IMG/VR virus record: IMGVR_UViG_3300021498_000001
Location: 8,623 to 72,622 of that record
Reading direction: 5' to 3' (one strand)
Length of the DNA stretch: 64,000 nucleotides
From: a virus
Shown here: one piece after another, positions 63,858 to 64,000 of the stretch
Layout of the letters: each line of letters opens with the position of its first letter
Numbering within the stretch: the stretch's first letter is position 1
Program-made: the position numbers and the translations under genes
Notes under the pieces: model-generated
The model's input: the letters and a program-made list of their open reading frames with translations, nothing else
Database searches by the model: none
What the model was told of the DNA's origin: nothing

Positions 63858-63893
63858 TTCCTTCTTCTCTTCCTTCCTCATCCTCATGCCTCC

Positions 63894-63922
63894 CTTATAC
63901 CACACCCTCAGATTTTTGTCAA
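63894..63922 (-). promoter_or_regulatory. sigma70-type promoter (TTGACA-17-TATAAG)
   Basis: -35 at 63917-63922, -10 at 63894-63899. Confidence 0.55.
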
Positions 63923-64000
63923 GCATTTTTTATTAACCCAACTCAACGACTAGTTTAACTTAACAATCTTTCTTAGATAAACTAACTTAGACAATCTAAC

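Noticed and set aside
1-64000. Archaeal virus, or integrated prophage with att sites
   Set aside because: sigma70-type promoters, a U73 tRNA-Gly and a peptidoglycan hydrolase point to a bacterial host; no integrase or host housekeeping genes are recognisable in the window.

Overview
This window is most or all of a tailed dsDNA bacteriophage genome (siphovirus-like, AT-rich). The host looks bacterial: there are TTGACA-17-TATAAT promoters, GGAGG ribosome-binding sites, a U73 tRNA-Gly and a SleB-type lysin. A rightward morphogenesis block (3.2-39.8 kb) encodes TerL, portal, a 2036-aa multi-enzyme protein, a protease-scaffold-capsid fusion, a sulfotransferase/methyltransferase plus GT9 pair, neck and tail genes, a frameshifted tail chaperone, a 2767-aa tape measure protein, tail tip proteins and the lysin. 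A recombination/replication block follows (40-47 kb: RuvC-like, Cas4-like exonuclease, RecT, P-loop ATPase, CHC2 zinc finger, tRNA-Gly), then accessory regions. The standout is an RNA-guided system at 47127-48958. A nuclease-less Nop/IS110-related protein has a stop codon that runs straight into an array of about 26 units with a 36-nt period, in which two alternating short repeats each precede a unique 9-nt spacer (TIGR-Tas/TasA-type architecture). Other highlights are the head-module ligase/phosphoesterase/nucleotidyltransferase/MBL protein with an intein and apparent prohead-protease sites between domains, a phage-borne Csx3/Crn3-like ring nuclease, a duplicated 36-bp bidirectional promoter cassette, a direct-repeat-flanked MT-A70/nuclease cassette and an iteron-like region. 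All domain calls come from motif recognition by eye; no database searches were run.
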